Numbered from the stretch's first letter, positions 1 to 14,157 are shown. The stretch is DNA of 47,576 nucleotides from Thermoleophilia bacterium (GCA_026785685.1 JAJAZN010000258.1:1-47576); one strand, 5' to 3'. Program-made: numbers and translations. The notes: generated by a model not told the origin, from the sequence alone.

Positions 1-347
1 GGGTACCCCGGTGGCGTCATCTGGGGGACGAAGCTGTAACAGAAGGCGCCGTTCCGCCTGTGCGCGACCTTGCCGGCGTCATGTTTCCAGCCCGCTCCGA
101 ACACGGAGTTGAAGGTGTCGACGTAGAAGAAGCGCGCGTTCGGGTCGCGCTTCGTCGTGGACGGCGTGCGGTAGCCGAACACCGGGTCGCCGCGATACGT
201 GACGAGCGCTTCGCCGCGATCGTTCACCTCGAGCGACGTGGAGGAGACGTCGAGATCGCCGAACTGCTCGCTTGCTCCGCTCGGGCTCGCGAGCGAGAGG
301 AACACGACGGCGAGGGCCGTGAGAATCAGGACGACTCGAGCGGGCAT
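1..347 (-). CDS. Secreted hypothetical protein, partial (runs off the window edge)
   Basis: Manual translation from ATG at 347: MPARVVLILTALAVVFLSLASPSGASEQFGDLDV...FCYSFVPQMTPPGY. Signal-peptide-like N-terminus, no stop before position 1. Not in the supplied ORF track. Confidence 0.75.
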   Translation of the reverse strand, partial: MPARVVLILTALAVVFLSLASPSGASEQFGDLDVSSTSLEVNDRGEALVTYRGDPVFGYRTPSTTKRDPNARFFYVDTFNSVFGAGWKHDAGKVAHRRNGAFCYSFVPQMTPPGY

Positions 348-434
348 GCGTCGCCACGCAGGGTAGCGACCGGGGTCTTACGCCTCGTCCCAACGCTCCC
401 AGCGCGCGAGCTCCTCGTCGGACGGAGCCACGGC

Positions 435-4644
<4,210 letters not shown>

Positions 4645-4724
4645 TCAAAAGACTCTACCAAGCGAGCGGGACGGCATGGCCGTCAAGGATGGCACCGCCT
4701 CGTCTCGTACCTCGCTGCGTCCGG

Positions 4725-5675
4725 CTATGCGACGGGCTGAAGCTCGTTGACCTCGACGAGCGATGCGAGGCGAGTCGCTTCCTTCGGATCGAACCGCCCG
4801 GCTCCGACCACGAGGACGGAGGCCGACGCTGCCGCAACGGACAGGCGGAGGGCCTCCTCAGCGGGTAGTCCTTCATTCTGAGCAGCGAGCCACCGGGCTA
4901 GGAAGACGTCCCCCGCCCCGAGAACCGAGACGGCCTCGAGCTGAGGTGCCCGAGCGTGATAGCGCCGCACCTGCCGCTCCTCCCGAACGAGAGAGAAGCA
5001 ACCCGTCTCCATCGTGATTTGGACATTCCTCGCACCCATGTCGGCGATCCTGTCGAGCGCCATCGCGAAGTCGTCGTCGTCCTCGAGCTCCTGGCCGACG
5101 AGCTGTTCGGCCTCATGCTGATTCGGCGAGACGAGCCACGGCTCGGCCTCGATCCCGCGTCGCAACGGCTCACCCTCGGCGTCGAGGACGACCCGGGCTC
5201 CGAGGCGCGTCATCTCGCGGACGGCGTCGGCATAAAAGCCCTCGTCAACCCCGCGTGGCAACGAGCCGGCGAAGACGACCGTCGACGCGCCGCGTGAGAG
5301 ATAGCGGAGCTTGTCGAGCAGGATCTCGAGCTCGTCCTCGGAGACTTTCGGGCCCCACTCGTTGATCTCGGTATACGTGCCGGCGGTCGGATCGACGACG
5401 GCCGTCGAGGTGCGCGACTCGTCGCGGATGCGGACGAAATCGTTGAGGATCGCCTCCTCGGTCAACTCCTCGACGATCCGCGTCCCCGTCCGCCCTCCCG
5501 CGAGACCGGTTGCGACGACCGGAACATCGAGTCGCTTCAGCGCGCGCGCAACGTTGATGCCCTTGCCGCCTGCGAGCACGAGCACGTCACTCGAGCGATG
5601 GCGGTGACCGAGCTTGAAGATCGGCACGCTGAGCGAGCGGTCGAGCGCGGCATTGAGGGTGACGGTGATGATCAC
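4725..5675 (-). CDS. 1-phosphofructokinase-family hexose kinase (PfkB)
   Basis: IITVTLNAALD, AGGKGINVA, SPNQHE, GAGD. Start moved to GTG 5675 after a purine-rich RBS-like stretch. Confidence 0.92.
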   Translation of the reverse strand: MIITVTLNAALDRSLSVPIFKLGHRHRSSDVLVLAGGKGINVARALKRLDVPVVATGLAGGRTGTRIVEELTEEAILNDFVRIRDESRTSTAVVDPTAGTYTEINEWGPKVSEDELEILLDKLRYLSRGASTVVFAGSLPRGVDEGFYADAVREMTRLGARVVLDAEGEPLRRGIEAEPWLVSPNQHEAEQLVGQELEDDDDFAMALDRIADMGARNVQITMETGCFSLVREERQVRRYHARAPQLEAVSVLGAGDVFLARWLAAQNEGLPAEEALRLSVAAASASVLVVGAGRFDPKEATRLASLVEVNELQPVA

Positions 5676-5703
5676 TGCGGCCCCTTCCTGACAGACAACG
5701 GAG

Positions 5704-6831
5704 CTACGAGACGAGCCCGAACACGTGGTGGGCGGTGCGGCGCGCATACCACTCGGCTTTGCCGGCGGCCCCGACGGCGGGGGACGACGCGGCGGCGACG
5801 AGAGGCGTGCGTGCAATCAGCCTACCGTCCGAGAACACCCGAACCTCTCCGACGCGTTGGCCTTTGGTTACGGGGACGGAAAGAGCCGTGCTCGCAACGA
5901 CCCGCTCGACGAGTGGGCGACCGAGACGAACGCTGCGAATGACGTCACGAGCGGCGACGAGAGGAATGGGAGCCCGTCCGTAACCGACTTCTGCGTGGCC
6001 GTAGACGTGGTCGCCGGCCACGACGACCTGTCGATACTGGTCGATACCCCAGGCGAGAAGCGATGTGAGGTCGGCGTTCCTCTCCGACTCGCTCGCCGCT
6101 CCGAGGAGCGACGCGGTGATCCGCACGCCGTTCTCCTCGGCTGCAGCGACCTGCGACCAGCCGGCATCGTTCGTGTGCCCGGTCTTGGCGCCGACGAGCG
6201 GCAACGTGCCGATCAGGTCGTCGGTGGAGGTCAGCGTTCGCCCGCCCGCAATCGTTGCCGTCGACCGTGTAGACCACGTGCGGATGAACGAGTTCCGGAG
6301 AGCCGCGGTGAGGAGCGTCGTGACGTCACGCGCACTCGAGACGTGGCCTCTCTGGTCGAGCCCGTGGGGATTCTCGAAATGCGTCGACGTGAGGCCGAGC
6401 GCTTTCGCCCGTGCGTTCATCAGCTCGACGAATCGGGGCAACGAGCCCTTCCCGACGTAGAGCGCAAGGGCGGTGGCAGCGTCGTTCGCGCTGGGGACGA
6501 GTGCCGCGATCGCGAGGTCGCCCACCGTCAGCTTCTCACCGGCCCTGAGCCCCACCGATGACTCGCCGACCGAGGCGGCAGCAGGCGGGATCGTGACGAC
6601 ATCGTCGAGTCGCGCGTGCTCGAGCGCAACGAGGACGGTCATCAGCTTCGTGATGCTCGCCGGGGCCCGCTTCGCGTCCGGGGCTCGGGCGGCAACGATC
6701 TCTTGCTCCGGCCCGCCTCGCACGACGTAGGCCGGCGCCGAGACCGGTGGCGGTGCTGGTGGCGGTGCCGCTGCCGCTTCGGCGGCCAACAGCGCGAGCG
6801 CTGCCACGACAACTAAGAACACACGACGCAT
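5704..6831 (-). CDS. D-alanyl-D-alanine carboxypeptidase (peptidase S11, PBP5/DacA-like)
   Basis: Signal peptide; SITK (SxxK), SAN (SxN) and KTG motifs. Confidence 0.93.
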   Translation of the reverse strand: MRRVFLVVVAALALLAAEAAAAPPPAPPPVSAPAYVVRGGPEQEIVAARAPDAKRAPASITKLMTVLVALEHARLDDVVTIPPAAASVGESSVGLRAGEKLTVGDLAIAALVPSANDAATALALYVGKGSLPRFVELMNARAKALGLTSTHFENPHGLDQRGHVSSARDVTTLLTAALRNSFIRTWSTRSTATIAGGRTLTSTDDLIGTLPLVGAKTGHTNDAGWSQVAAAEENGVRITASLLGAASESERNADLTSLLAWGIDQYRQVVVAGDHVYGHAEVGYGRAPIPLVAARDVIRSVRLGRPLVERVVASTALSVPVTKGQRVGEVRVFSDGRLIARTPLVAAASSPAVGAAGKAEWYARRTAHHVFGLVS

Positions 6832-6919
6832 CGCGGTTGAATGTAGATGAGAGGCAAGCCTCTGGGGTGCCCCGCGACGCTAGATCAGAAATGAACCGTC
6901 GTGAGACGCCGCACGGGGG

Positions 6920-7849
6920 CTACCAGCCTGCTGCGGCCCAGATTTCGGCCGAGAGGCGCGCCGCCTCGGCTCCAGCGGCTGCCCGCCAGTCGTCCTCGGT
7001 ATCGCGATACGCGAAGACCACGGAGCGCGACGCGTTGACGAGGGCGCTCGCCGGTCCGCTCGTGAACGCCCGCGCAACATCTGCCGGCGTCGCTCCCTGG
7101 GCACCGACACCCGGCAGGAGAATGATTTGCTGCGGCATCGCTCGCCGCGCATCGCCGATCAGCCGGGGCACCGTTGCGCCGACGACCGCCCCCACGCTCG
7201 ACATGCCGCGTTCGCCGACGAGATCCGCGCCCCACTCTGCAACGAGACCTGCGACGTGGCGCCATACCGGGGCTCCGTCCGAGAGCACCGCATCCTGGAG
7301 GTCGCGAGCGCCGGCGTTCGACGTGCGGACGAGGCAGAAGATTCCGGCACCATGGCGTCGACAAGCGGCGAGGTACGGATCAACGGAGTCGGTTCCGAGA
7401 TACGGATTGACCGTGAGCGCGTCGGCCAGCGGGGGCTCCGAGCCCCGAGGCTCGAGGAACGCCGCGGCATATGCGCGGGCGGTCGACCCGATGTCACCGC
7501 GCTTGGCATCGGCAATGACGAGGAGCCCTGCACCGGAGGCGTAGCGCGACACGATTTCGAGCGCATGCCACCCATCGCCGCCGAGCGCCTCGAAGAAGGC
7601 GACCTGCGGCTTGACCGCCACGGCGTACGGCGCTACGGCATCGACAATTCCTTTGCAGAAACGCTCCACGGCACCCGCGGCTGCAGCGCGCCCGCGGCCG
7701 GCCTCCCCTCGAAGCTCGACTGGCAGCAGGTCGACACGCGGGTCGAGTCCGACGACGAGCTGCGTGCGCTTGCGCTCGACCGCCTCGGCCACACGATCGG
7801 AAAAGGGAGCCACCGTCGCCGTCGTCTCCCGTTCTGCGCCCGCGCTCAT
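6920..7849 (-). CDS. pyrF: Orotidine-5'-phosphate decarboxylase
   Basis: VGLDP, KPQVAFFE, DAKRGDIGST, VRTSN, LLPGVGAQG, NASRS. Confidence 0.96.
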   Translation of the reverse strand: MSAGAERETTATVAPFSDRVAEAVERKRTQLVVGLDPRVDLLPVELRGEAGRGRAAAAGAVERFCKGIVDAVAPYAVAVKPQVAFFEALGGDGWHALEIVSRYASGAGLLVIADAKRGDIGSTARAYAAAFLEPRGSEPPLADALTVNPYLGTDSVDPYLAACRRHGAGIFCLVRTSNAGARDLQDAVLSDGAPVWRHVAGLVAEWGADLVGERGMSSVGAVVGATVPRLIGDARRAMPQQIILLPGVGAQGATPADVARAFTSGPASALVNASRSVVFAYRDTEDDWRAAAGAEAARLSAEIWAAAGW

Positions 7850-9507
7850 GCAGCCAAGGCTACCCCGTTCGCTACGGCAAGGATCGCATTCCGTTCGAGT
7901 GGCACGACCCGAAGTTCGGGCGGTGGTCGCACGATGAAAGACGCGATCAGGAGAAGCTCCTCCGCGGTGGTCGCAGCGAGCTCTGCGTCGAGGGATCCCT
8001 GTACGTCTGCGAGACCCGCCTCGACCTCGAGCGAGCCGCCTCCCCCGCGCGGAATCGTTCTCCGTGACACGATCCCGTGCGCCACGAAGACGGCGCGCAT
8101 CATTCCCGGCTCGAGCGCCGGCACGACGAGGCAGGCCTGCAGCGAACGAGCCTTGTGCATCTCGTCGATGCGAGCAACGACCTGCTCGAGCGCGGCGATT
8201 CGATCCCGTAGGCGAGCGGCGTCCTCGAACCGGAGATCCGTGGCAAGGCTGCGAAGACGGAGCCGGAGTCCAGGGAGCGCCGCGAGGGGATCGTCACCAT
8301 CATGGCCGGCCAGCGCCAGGGCAGCACGCTTGGCGATACCACGGCCGCTGATCGGGCCGTGTGGTGTCGGTTCGCTGACGCAGGTCCAGGTACTTCCACG
8401 TCGCCGGAGATAGACGTGTCGATCCGGCCGGGTACTGCGTGCGTTCGCAGGCGGTCGGAGCTCGCGGAGAAGCAGAAGCTCGTCGAGCGCAGCTTCGAGC
8501 TCACTCCCGCTGAGCCTCCAGTCGACGCTCGCAAGCGCGCCGAGCGCAGCCTCGACAGCGGGCCGCTGACGGCCGCCCGAGAAGTAGGAGCGCAGCCGGG
8601 CGCGGAGATCGCGAGCGCGTCCGACGTAGAGAGCCTGTCCGTGCGCATCGCGGAAGATGTACGTCCCGGGCGCGGTTGGGGCCTGGGCGACGAGCGAGCG
8701 CTTGCCCTGCAGGCGTCGGGCCCGCGGAGCCGACAGCTCGACGAGATCGGCAACCGTCCCGGCGCCGCGTTCCTGCGCGAGCCCGATCAGCGCGATCAGG
8801 ATCTCCGCGGTCGCCTGGGCGTCCGCGAGCGCGCGGTGGCACGGCGTCACGGCCGTACCGAAGAAGTGCGAGAGAGGCTGCAAGCCGAACCTCGTCGTTC
8901 GCGCGCCGAGGAGTCGCCGCGCTAGCCACACCGTGTCGACGACGGGTGCTGCGACGCGCCTCCCCGTGAGTCTCTCGACCGCACGATCGAGAAAGCCCAT
9001 ATCGAACCTGGCGTTGTGCGCAACGAGCACCGCATCGCCCGCGAAGGAAAGGAACCGCCGCACGGCGAGATCGGCATCCGGGGCCGCTCGCGCCTCGTTC
9101 CGACCGATGCCGGTCAAGGCGGTGATCGCGACTGGCAGTGGTACCCCGGGATTGACGAGCGTCTCGAATGTGTCCCCCGTCACAAGCCGCTCGATCTTCT
9201 GGGCACCGATCTCGACGATGCGCGAGCGCACCGGCGAGAGGCCCGTCGTCTCGAGATCGAAGACGACGAAGGTCGCCGACTCGAGCAGCGTCTCCGCTCC
9301 CGGTGCTTCAGCCAGGCCAACGGAAGCGCCGCGCCAGACGAGGCGGGCGTCGCCCGTGACGACCTCCTCGAGCAGCGACCGCGCGATCGCCGTCGGTGCC
9401 GAGGCGAGCGCGAACAGGGCCTGCGCGGCGTCCGACGCGGGGATCGGACACCGGCGCGCCTCGACGAGCTCGACCAGGCGATCCGCGGCATCAAAGGACA
9501 GTTGCAT
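7846..9507 (-). CDS. DEDDh 3'-5' exonuclease (DnaQ-like) fused to GIY-YIG (UvrC/Cho-like) and UVR domains
   Basis: VVFDLETTG, HNARFD, HRALADA; GTYIFRD..LYVGRARDLRARLRSYF; LRFEDAARLRDRI. Confidence 0.9.
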   Translation of the reverse strand: MQLSFDAADRLVELVEARRCPIPASDAAQALFALASAPTAIARSLLEEVVTGDARLVWRGASVGLAEAPGAETLLESATFVVFDLETTGLSPVRSRIVEIGAQKIERLVTGDTFETLVNPGVPLPVAITALTGIGRNEARAAPDADLAVRRFLSFAGDAVLVAHNARFDMGFLDRAVERLTGRRVAAPVVDTVWLARRLLGARTTRFGLQPLSHFFGTAVTPCHRALADAQATAEILIALIGLAQERGAGTVADLVELSAPRARRLQGKRSLVAQAPTAPGTYIFRDAHGQALYVGRARDLRARLRSYFSGGRQRPAVEAALGALASVDWRLSGSELEAALDELLLLRELRPPANARSTRPDRHVYLRRRGSTWTCVSEPTPHGPISGRGIAKRAALALAGHDGDDPLAALPGLRLRLRSLATDLRFEDAARLRDRIAALEQVVARIDEMHKARSLQACLVVPALEPGMMRAVFVAHGIVSRRTIPRGGGGSLEVEAGLADVQGSLDAELAATTAEELLLIASFIVRPPPELRVVPLERNAILAVANGVALAA

Positions 9508-9514
9508 CCGTCAG

Positions 9515-9543
9515 ATCCTAGACGAACATATGTTCGTTGCCAA
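9515..9543 (-). promoter_or_regulatory. Primary-sigma-type promoter TTGGCA-N17-TAGGAT with a LexA (SOS) box in the spacer
   Basis: Perfect palindrome ACGAACATATGTTCGT (9522-9537) matches the Gram-positive/actinobacterial CGAAC-N4-GTTCG consensus; the -10 lies 7 nt before ATG 9507. Confidence 0.88.
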
Positions 9544-9546
9544 GGG

Positions 9547-9578
9547 CAAAAGAGAGGGCCCGGGGGGAGCGGGCCCTC
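9547..9578 (-). terminator. Intrinsic terminator after hup
   Basis: GAGGGCCCG/CGGGCCCTC stem (9554-9578) followed by TCTTTTG on the minus strand. Confidence 0.8.
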
Positions 9579-9603
9579 GTCTTTCGCCCTCGAGGAGGTC
9601 GCC

Positions 9604-9879
9604 CTAGTTGACGGCCTTCTTGAGTACCGAGCCGGCCGAGAACTTCGGCACGGTCGCGGCCTTGATCTGCACCTTCTCGGTCGGGTTCCGCGGATTGACG
9701 CCCATGCGCGCCGCACGATGCGTCGTGTGGAACTTGCCGAAACCGGTGAACGTCACGGAATCGCCCGCCTTGAGAGCGTCCTCGACGGTGCTGAGGAACG
9801 CCTCGACTGCCTCGCCTGCATCACGCTTGGACGAGCCGGTCTTCGCGGCTACTGCCTCGATGAACTCCTGCTTGGTCAC
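9604..9879 (-). CDS. hup: DNA-binding protein HU
   Basis: MTKQEFIEAVA..GFGKF..RAARMGVNPRNPTEKVQI..VPKFSAG; AGGAGG RBS. Confidence 0.97.
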   Translation of the reverse strand: MTKQEFIEAVAAKTGSSKRDAGEAVEAFLSTVEDALKAGDSVTFTGFGKFHTTHRAARMGVNPRNPTEKVQIKAATVPKFSAGSVLKKAVN

Positions 9880-10017
9880 TTGCCACTCCTCCTACTAGAC
9901 GGACGTTGTTGGGATCGCCGGAGAACCGAACACTCCAGCGATTTTGGCTCAACTATGCGGGTTTGCGACGCACCATGCGTGCTCGACCCGCCGGGGCACG
10001 TGGTCTCCGAGAGGTGG

Positions 10018-10557
10018 TCAGGCCTGGATGCGCCCGGCGAGGAGATCGCTCGCGCGGTACAGGCTTGCGAGTCGCACCCCCAACCGAGCGAGGGCATCCG
10101 CCCCACCCTCCTCGCGGTCCACGACGCACACAGCATTGCGGACGACGAGCCCCGCGTCCCGAAGCGCTGACACCGACTCGGCGAGAGCGCCACCGGATGT
10201 GACGACGTCCTCGAGGAGGCACACGACGTCCCCCTCGTCGAACGGGCCCTCGATCCGATTCGCTGTGCCGTATTCCTTCGTTTCATTGCGGACAATGATG
10301 AAGGGCAGTTCGGACGCCATAGACGCCGAAGCGGCCAGAGCAACGGCTCCGAGGGCCGGTCCGGCGAGTCTCACGACGTCCGGTTCAGCCTCGTTCGCCG
10401 CCTCGGCGAGTCGGACGCCGAGCGCCCGAAGGAGGTCAGGGCGGGTCTCGAATCGGTACTTGTCGAGGTACCAGGTCGACCGCTTCCCGGACCGGAGAAG
10501 AAAATCGCCCTGGAGGAGCGCGTGTTGGACGAGCAGGCGGCCGAGGTCGTCGATCAC
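10018..10557 (-). CDS. pyrE: Orotate phosphoribosyltransferase
   Basis: GDFLLRSGKRSTWYLDKY, KEYGT, LLEDVVTSGG (PRPP loop), VVDREEG. Start GTG 10557 overlaps the upstream stop (GTGA). Confidence 0.93.
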   Translation of the reverse strand: MIDDLGRLLVQHALLQGDFLLRSGKRSTWYLDKYRFETRPDLLRALGVRLAEAANEAEPDVVRLAGPALGAVALAASASMASELPFIIVRNETKEYGTANRIEGPFDEGDVVCLLEDVVTSGGALAESVSALRDAGLVVRNAVCVVDREEGGADALARLGVRLASLYRASDLLAGRIQA

Positions 10558-10739
10558 GGTGCCGAGGCCCCGGCTGCGATCGACGTCAGTCGATCGAGCT
10601 CGGGCGATCCCGCATCGAGCGTCACAGACGATCCGTCCGCGTAGCCGATCGTCACACGGGCTGTGCTCGGCGTCGACCGCCGCCCGAACAACCACCAGAC
10701 AGCCCCCCCGATAGCGGCGAGCGAGAGAAGCCTACGCAT
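10554..10739 (-). CDS. Small membrane-anchored hypothetical protein (61 aa)
   Basis: Hydrophobic N-terminus; overlaps both neighbours in operon fashion. Confidence 0.75.
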   Translation of the reverse strand: MRRLLSLAAIGGAVWWLFGRRSTPSTARVTIGYADGSSVTLDAGSPELDRLTSIAAGASAP

Positions 10740-11112
10740 CGTCCGACGCCTTCTTCTTTCGCGGTCGAGGCGGCGCAGGCTCCGCGTCGACCCGTCCCAG
10801 CATCGTTCGCAGGTCGTAGATCATGAGCCCGGCAATCGTCTCCGGCGCGGTCGTCGCAATCGCAGTGCGCCCGGCGTCCCTGACGAGGAACACCTCAGCT
10901 CCCTCGCTGCTGATCTCGATGCGAGCCAGCTCCGCACCGGGCCTGACGTCGCCGGCAGCCTTGACGAGATCGGCCGCGACGCGCGCAAGTTGCTCGCCGC
11001 GCTCGACGGTTCCCGTACTCGCGAGCACGAAGCCGGATTCACCCAGAACCGCGACATCACGCACCTGGGCGGAAAAAGTAAGAAGTTCGGCCAGTGCCTC
11101 GTTCGGCGTCAT
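10732..11112 (-). CDS. Roadblock/LC7-like small protein
   Basis: 126 aa; helix then VAVLGESGFVLAS pattern resembling MglB/Roadblock. Confidence 0.6.
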   Translation of the reverse strand: MTPNEALAELLTFSAQVRDVAVLGESGFVLASTGTVERGEQLARVAADLVKAAGDVRPGAELARIEISSEGAEVFLVRDAGRTAIATTAPETIAGLMIYDLRTMLGRVDAEPAPPRPRKKKASDDA

Positions 11113-11170
11113 CGCCCGTCGAAGCTACCAGACTCTCGGCAAACCTCTAGACCGGATGCTTCCATCCTGT

Positions 11171-13551
11171 CTAGGCGACGGCCGACCGGACGGAGAGCAG
11201 TCCCGTTCGGTGCCGCACGGCTTCGGCGACGAGGAGCCGCGCTGTCAGCTCGGCCTCCTCGAGGACCGAGGGGTGTCCGTCCGCGTAGATCTCGACGAGC
11301 CAGTTCCGCCCTTCGCCTATCCCGGCTGCGGCGAGAACCGCGGTCATTCCGAACGACTCGAGGAGTTCGCGTTCGCTCGCATCACCTTCCGCGTCGGCCG
11401 CTTGCACGACAAAGCTGCCGCCGTTTCCAAGTATCCGCGCCGTCTGCGGATAGTCGCTGACATCGTAGTACTCGCCGTCCTCGCCGGGGGCCTACGACCA
11501 GGTTCGCCCGGCTCGAAGGTTGACGGTTCAGTGGGTCGTGATCATCTCGATCCCCGCCTGCTGAAATGAGATCGCCGCCCTGGCGGCATCGACCGAGTTG
11601 CAGATCTCGGAAACGACGGCCTGGAGTCGCTGGCCAGGTCCAGCAGTAGCCATCTCGCCATCCAGGATCTCGAGCGCTGTCCGAACGAGTGTCTGTTGCT
11701 CGGGGGAGCCGTCCGCGCGGACCTGCCGCCGCGCTCTCGCTCCCTCGCCTCCCGCGAGTCCGTCCCAGACGGCGTCCTGCTCCGAGTCGGCGACGCACAC
11801 CCGGTTGCGACCCGTCCGTTTCGCGACGTAGAGAGCATGATCGGCCGCACGGAGAAAGTCCGAAGGGCGCTTCGCTCCGAGTCCGAGTGACGAGACTCCA
11901 AAGGAGGCGGAGACGATAGGCACGCGGAGTGAGAGATTCGGATCGCACGCTCCGCCGCCAGCCGCGCCTCCTCGGCCATCCCTGTGCCGAACAGCAGGCA
12001 GAACTCGTCACCGCCGAGGCGATACACCGTCCGATCGTCTCCGGCCCCGGCCGTCTCAGCCGTGAGAGCCTGAGCGACGGTGGCGAGAGCCTGGTCGCCG
12101 CGGGCGTGACGGAGCGAGTCGTTGAGCTCCTTGAGGTTGTCGAGATCGGCGAGCAGCACTGCCACGTCGCCATCGACGTCGTGCGCTTCACGGCAGCAGA
12201 GCCCGAGCCGCTCCTCGAGCGCCCGGCGGTTTCCGACTCCCGTCAGGGGATCCTTGAACGCGAGGTCGGCCATCCGGGCGTAGAGCTCGGTGCGTCCGAC
12301 GGCCGCTGCGATCTGGCCGGCGATCGTCTCGAGGAAGCGAACGTCGCGCGGCCCGAATGCCGGGACATCACTGCCACGAGCCGCCCAGAGCTCGCCCCAC
12401 GCCGAGCCGCCGAGCATGATCGGCACAGCGACGCACGAGTGCTTTCCGATCTGACGCAGGAGGGCGAGCTCCGTCTCGAACGCCTCGGTGTCGTCGAGAG
12501 AGGTTGTGTAGAGCTTGCCCTCGAGGAGAAGGACGCGGAGCGCATCGTCGTCTTCGATGGTGTACACCTCGTCGAGCGGTCGACGCACTTCCCACGGAGC
12601 GAGATCGCCCGTGTTGACGATCACGCGGAGCACGCGCGCTTGCGCCTCCCACCGCGAGACAGAGAGGGTGTCGGCGCCGACGGGAGTCCGCGCGTCGTCT
12701 GCCGCGATCTCCACGAGATCGTCGAGATTGTCGACGGTCGCGACCGCCGAGGCGATCGTGATCAGTGCGTGCAGCTCGCGTTCGAGCCGCCGTGCATCGC
12801 CGTCACTCTCGGGGGGTGCGAGAAGATCGGACAGGTCGGGATCGATCGTTGCCGGCCGCGTGCCGCCCTGGTCGCCGAGGTGGTCGAGGAGCGTTGCCAC
12901 CACCGTGGGATCGAACTGTGACCCGGCGCACCGGTCGAGCTCGCGAAGAGCCTCTGCCCGTGTCAGCCTGCCCCGGTAAGGCCGGTCCGAGACGAGCGCG
13001 TTGTAGGCGTCGCAGGCGAGGACGATCCGCGACGTGAGCGGGATCGCTTCTCCGGCGAGTCCGTCGGGATAGCCGTTCCCGTCCCAGCGCTCGTGCTTCT
13101 GCCGCTCCGCGAGCGCAACCTCAGCAAGCCCCGGCAGCTGCCGCAGGATCCGCTCACCGATCGCGGGGTGCTCGCGCATGAGGTCCCACTCCGCATCGTC
13201 GAGTGGGCCGGGCTTGTGCAGGATCGCATCCGGGATCCCGATCTTCCCGACGTCGTGGACGAGCGCACCGGCCTCCACCTCTGCGAGCGCCCTCCCCTCG
13301 AGGCCCATCGCTGACCCCACAGGAATCGCGAGATCGCGAACCGTGTTGGAGTGCTCACCGGTGTACCCTTCCCGCGCGCTGAGAGCGGCGGCAAGCGACC
13401 GGACGATAGCCCCGTACGCCTCGGCTGCCCTGCTGCGCTCCTCGCTGATCCCCGCGAGCGCGGAGACGAGCGCCTGCTCACCCTCGAACAGGCCGCGCGC
13501 AGCATCGAGCGCCTCCCGGCGGAGGTCGTCGACCAGGGGTCGGTCAGGCAT
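11171..13551 (-). pseudogene. HD-GYP + GAF + GGDEF + C-terminal GAF-like c-di-GMP enzyme, disrupted
   Basis: HDVGKIG, HERWDGNGYPDGL, DPLTGVGNRR, RLGGDEF. A frameshift near 11930 moves the GGDEF C-terminus (SASFGVS..LRAADHALYVAKRTGRN) to another frame, which then has in-frame TGA (11528-11530) and TAG (11492-11494) before ending at 11171. Confidence 0.85.
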
Positions 13552-13558
13552 CCCTCAG

Positions 13559-13587
13559 TGATCGGCACATCGTGGACTCCGGATTAG
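13559..13587 (-). promoter_or_regulatory. Putative sigma-28 (FliA/WhiG)-type promoter
   Basis: Minus strand CTAAT-N16-GCCGATCA just upstream of the HD-GYP/GGDEF gene; resembles TAAA-N15/16-GCCGATAA. Confidence 0.5.
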
Positions 13588-13599
13588 CGGCCTGAACGC

Positions 13600-14157
13600 C
13601 TACCCAGTAGGGAAAATGAGGGCCGTCAGCGCCTTCGTGGCTCGCGCGCGATGCGAGTGGATGGCCTTCCACGCATCTCCGAGCTCGGCGACCGTCCGCG
13701 TCTCGCCGTCCGGTACGAAGACGGGGTCGTACCCGAACCCCTCGTCGCCGCTGCGCTCGGTCGCGACGGCCCCCTCGAGCGTCCCCTCGACGACGATCTC
13801 CTGGCCCTCCGGGCCGATCGCCACGATCGTGCAGGCGTAGCGTGCGCTCCTATCGCCGACGCCAGCAAGCTCCTCGAGGAGTCGCGCAACACCGTCGTCC
13901 GCCCAGCGAGCTGACGCGAGGCCGGGCCTGCCGTCGAGGCCCCTTGCCTCGATGCCCGAGTCCTCCCCGATCACCCAGGCGTCCTCGGGCGACACGGAGC
14001 GCCCATGCTCCGCCTTTCCCCGTGCGTTCTCGACGTACGTCGTCCCGGTTTCGGGAGGATACGCCGTGGACTTCACGAGCTCGATCTCCCAGCCGGGGAG
14101 CGCGCGACGGAACTCGTCGAGCTTGTGCTGGTTCCCCGTCGAGAGCAGCGCCCTCAC
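13600..14157 (-). CDS. rdgB: Non-canonical purine NTP pyrophosphatase (RdgB/Ham1)
   Basis: STGNQHKLDE, ENARGKA, EDSGI, GFGYDPVF, SHRARA; follows rph. Confidence 0.93.
   Translation of the reverse strand: MRALLSTGNQHKLDEFRRALPGWEIELVKSTAYPPETGTTYVENARGKAEHGRSVSPEDAWVIGEDSGIEARGLDGRPGLASARWADDGVARLLEELAGVGDRSARYACTIVAIGPEGQEIVVEGTLEGAVATERSGDEGFGYDPVFVPDGETRTVAELGDAWKAIHSHRARATKALTALIFPTG

Noticed and set aside
6845-6920. Riboswitch or PyrR attenuator near pyrF
   Set aside because: Only short GC-rich stems, located downstream of pyrF, with no recognisable conserved motif.
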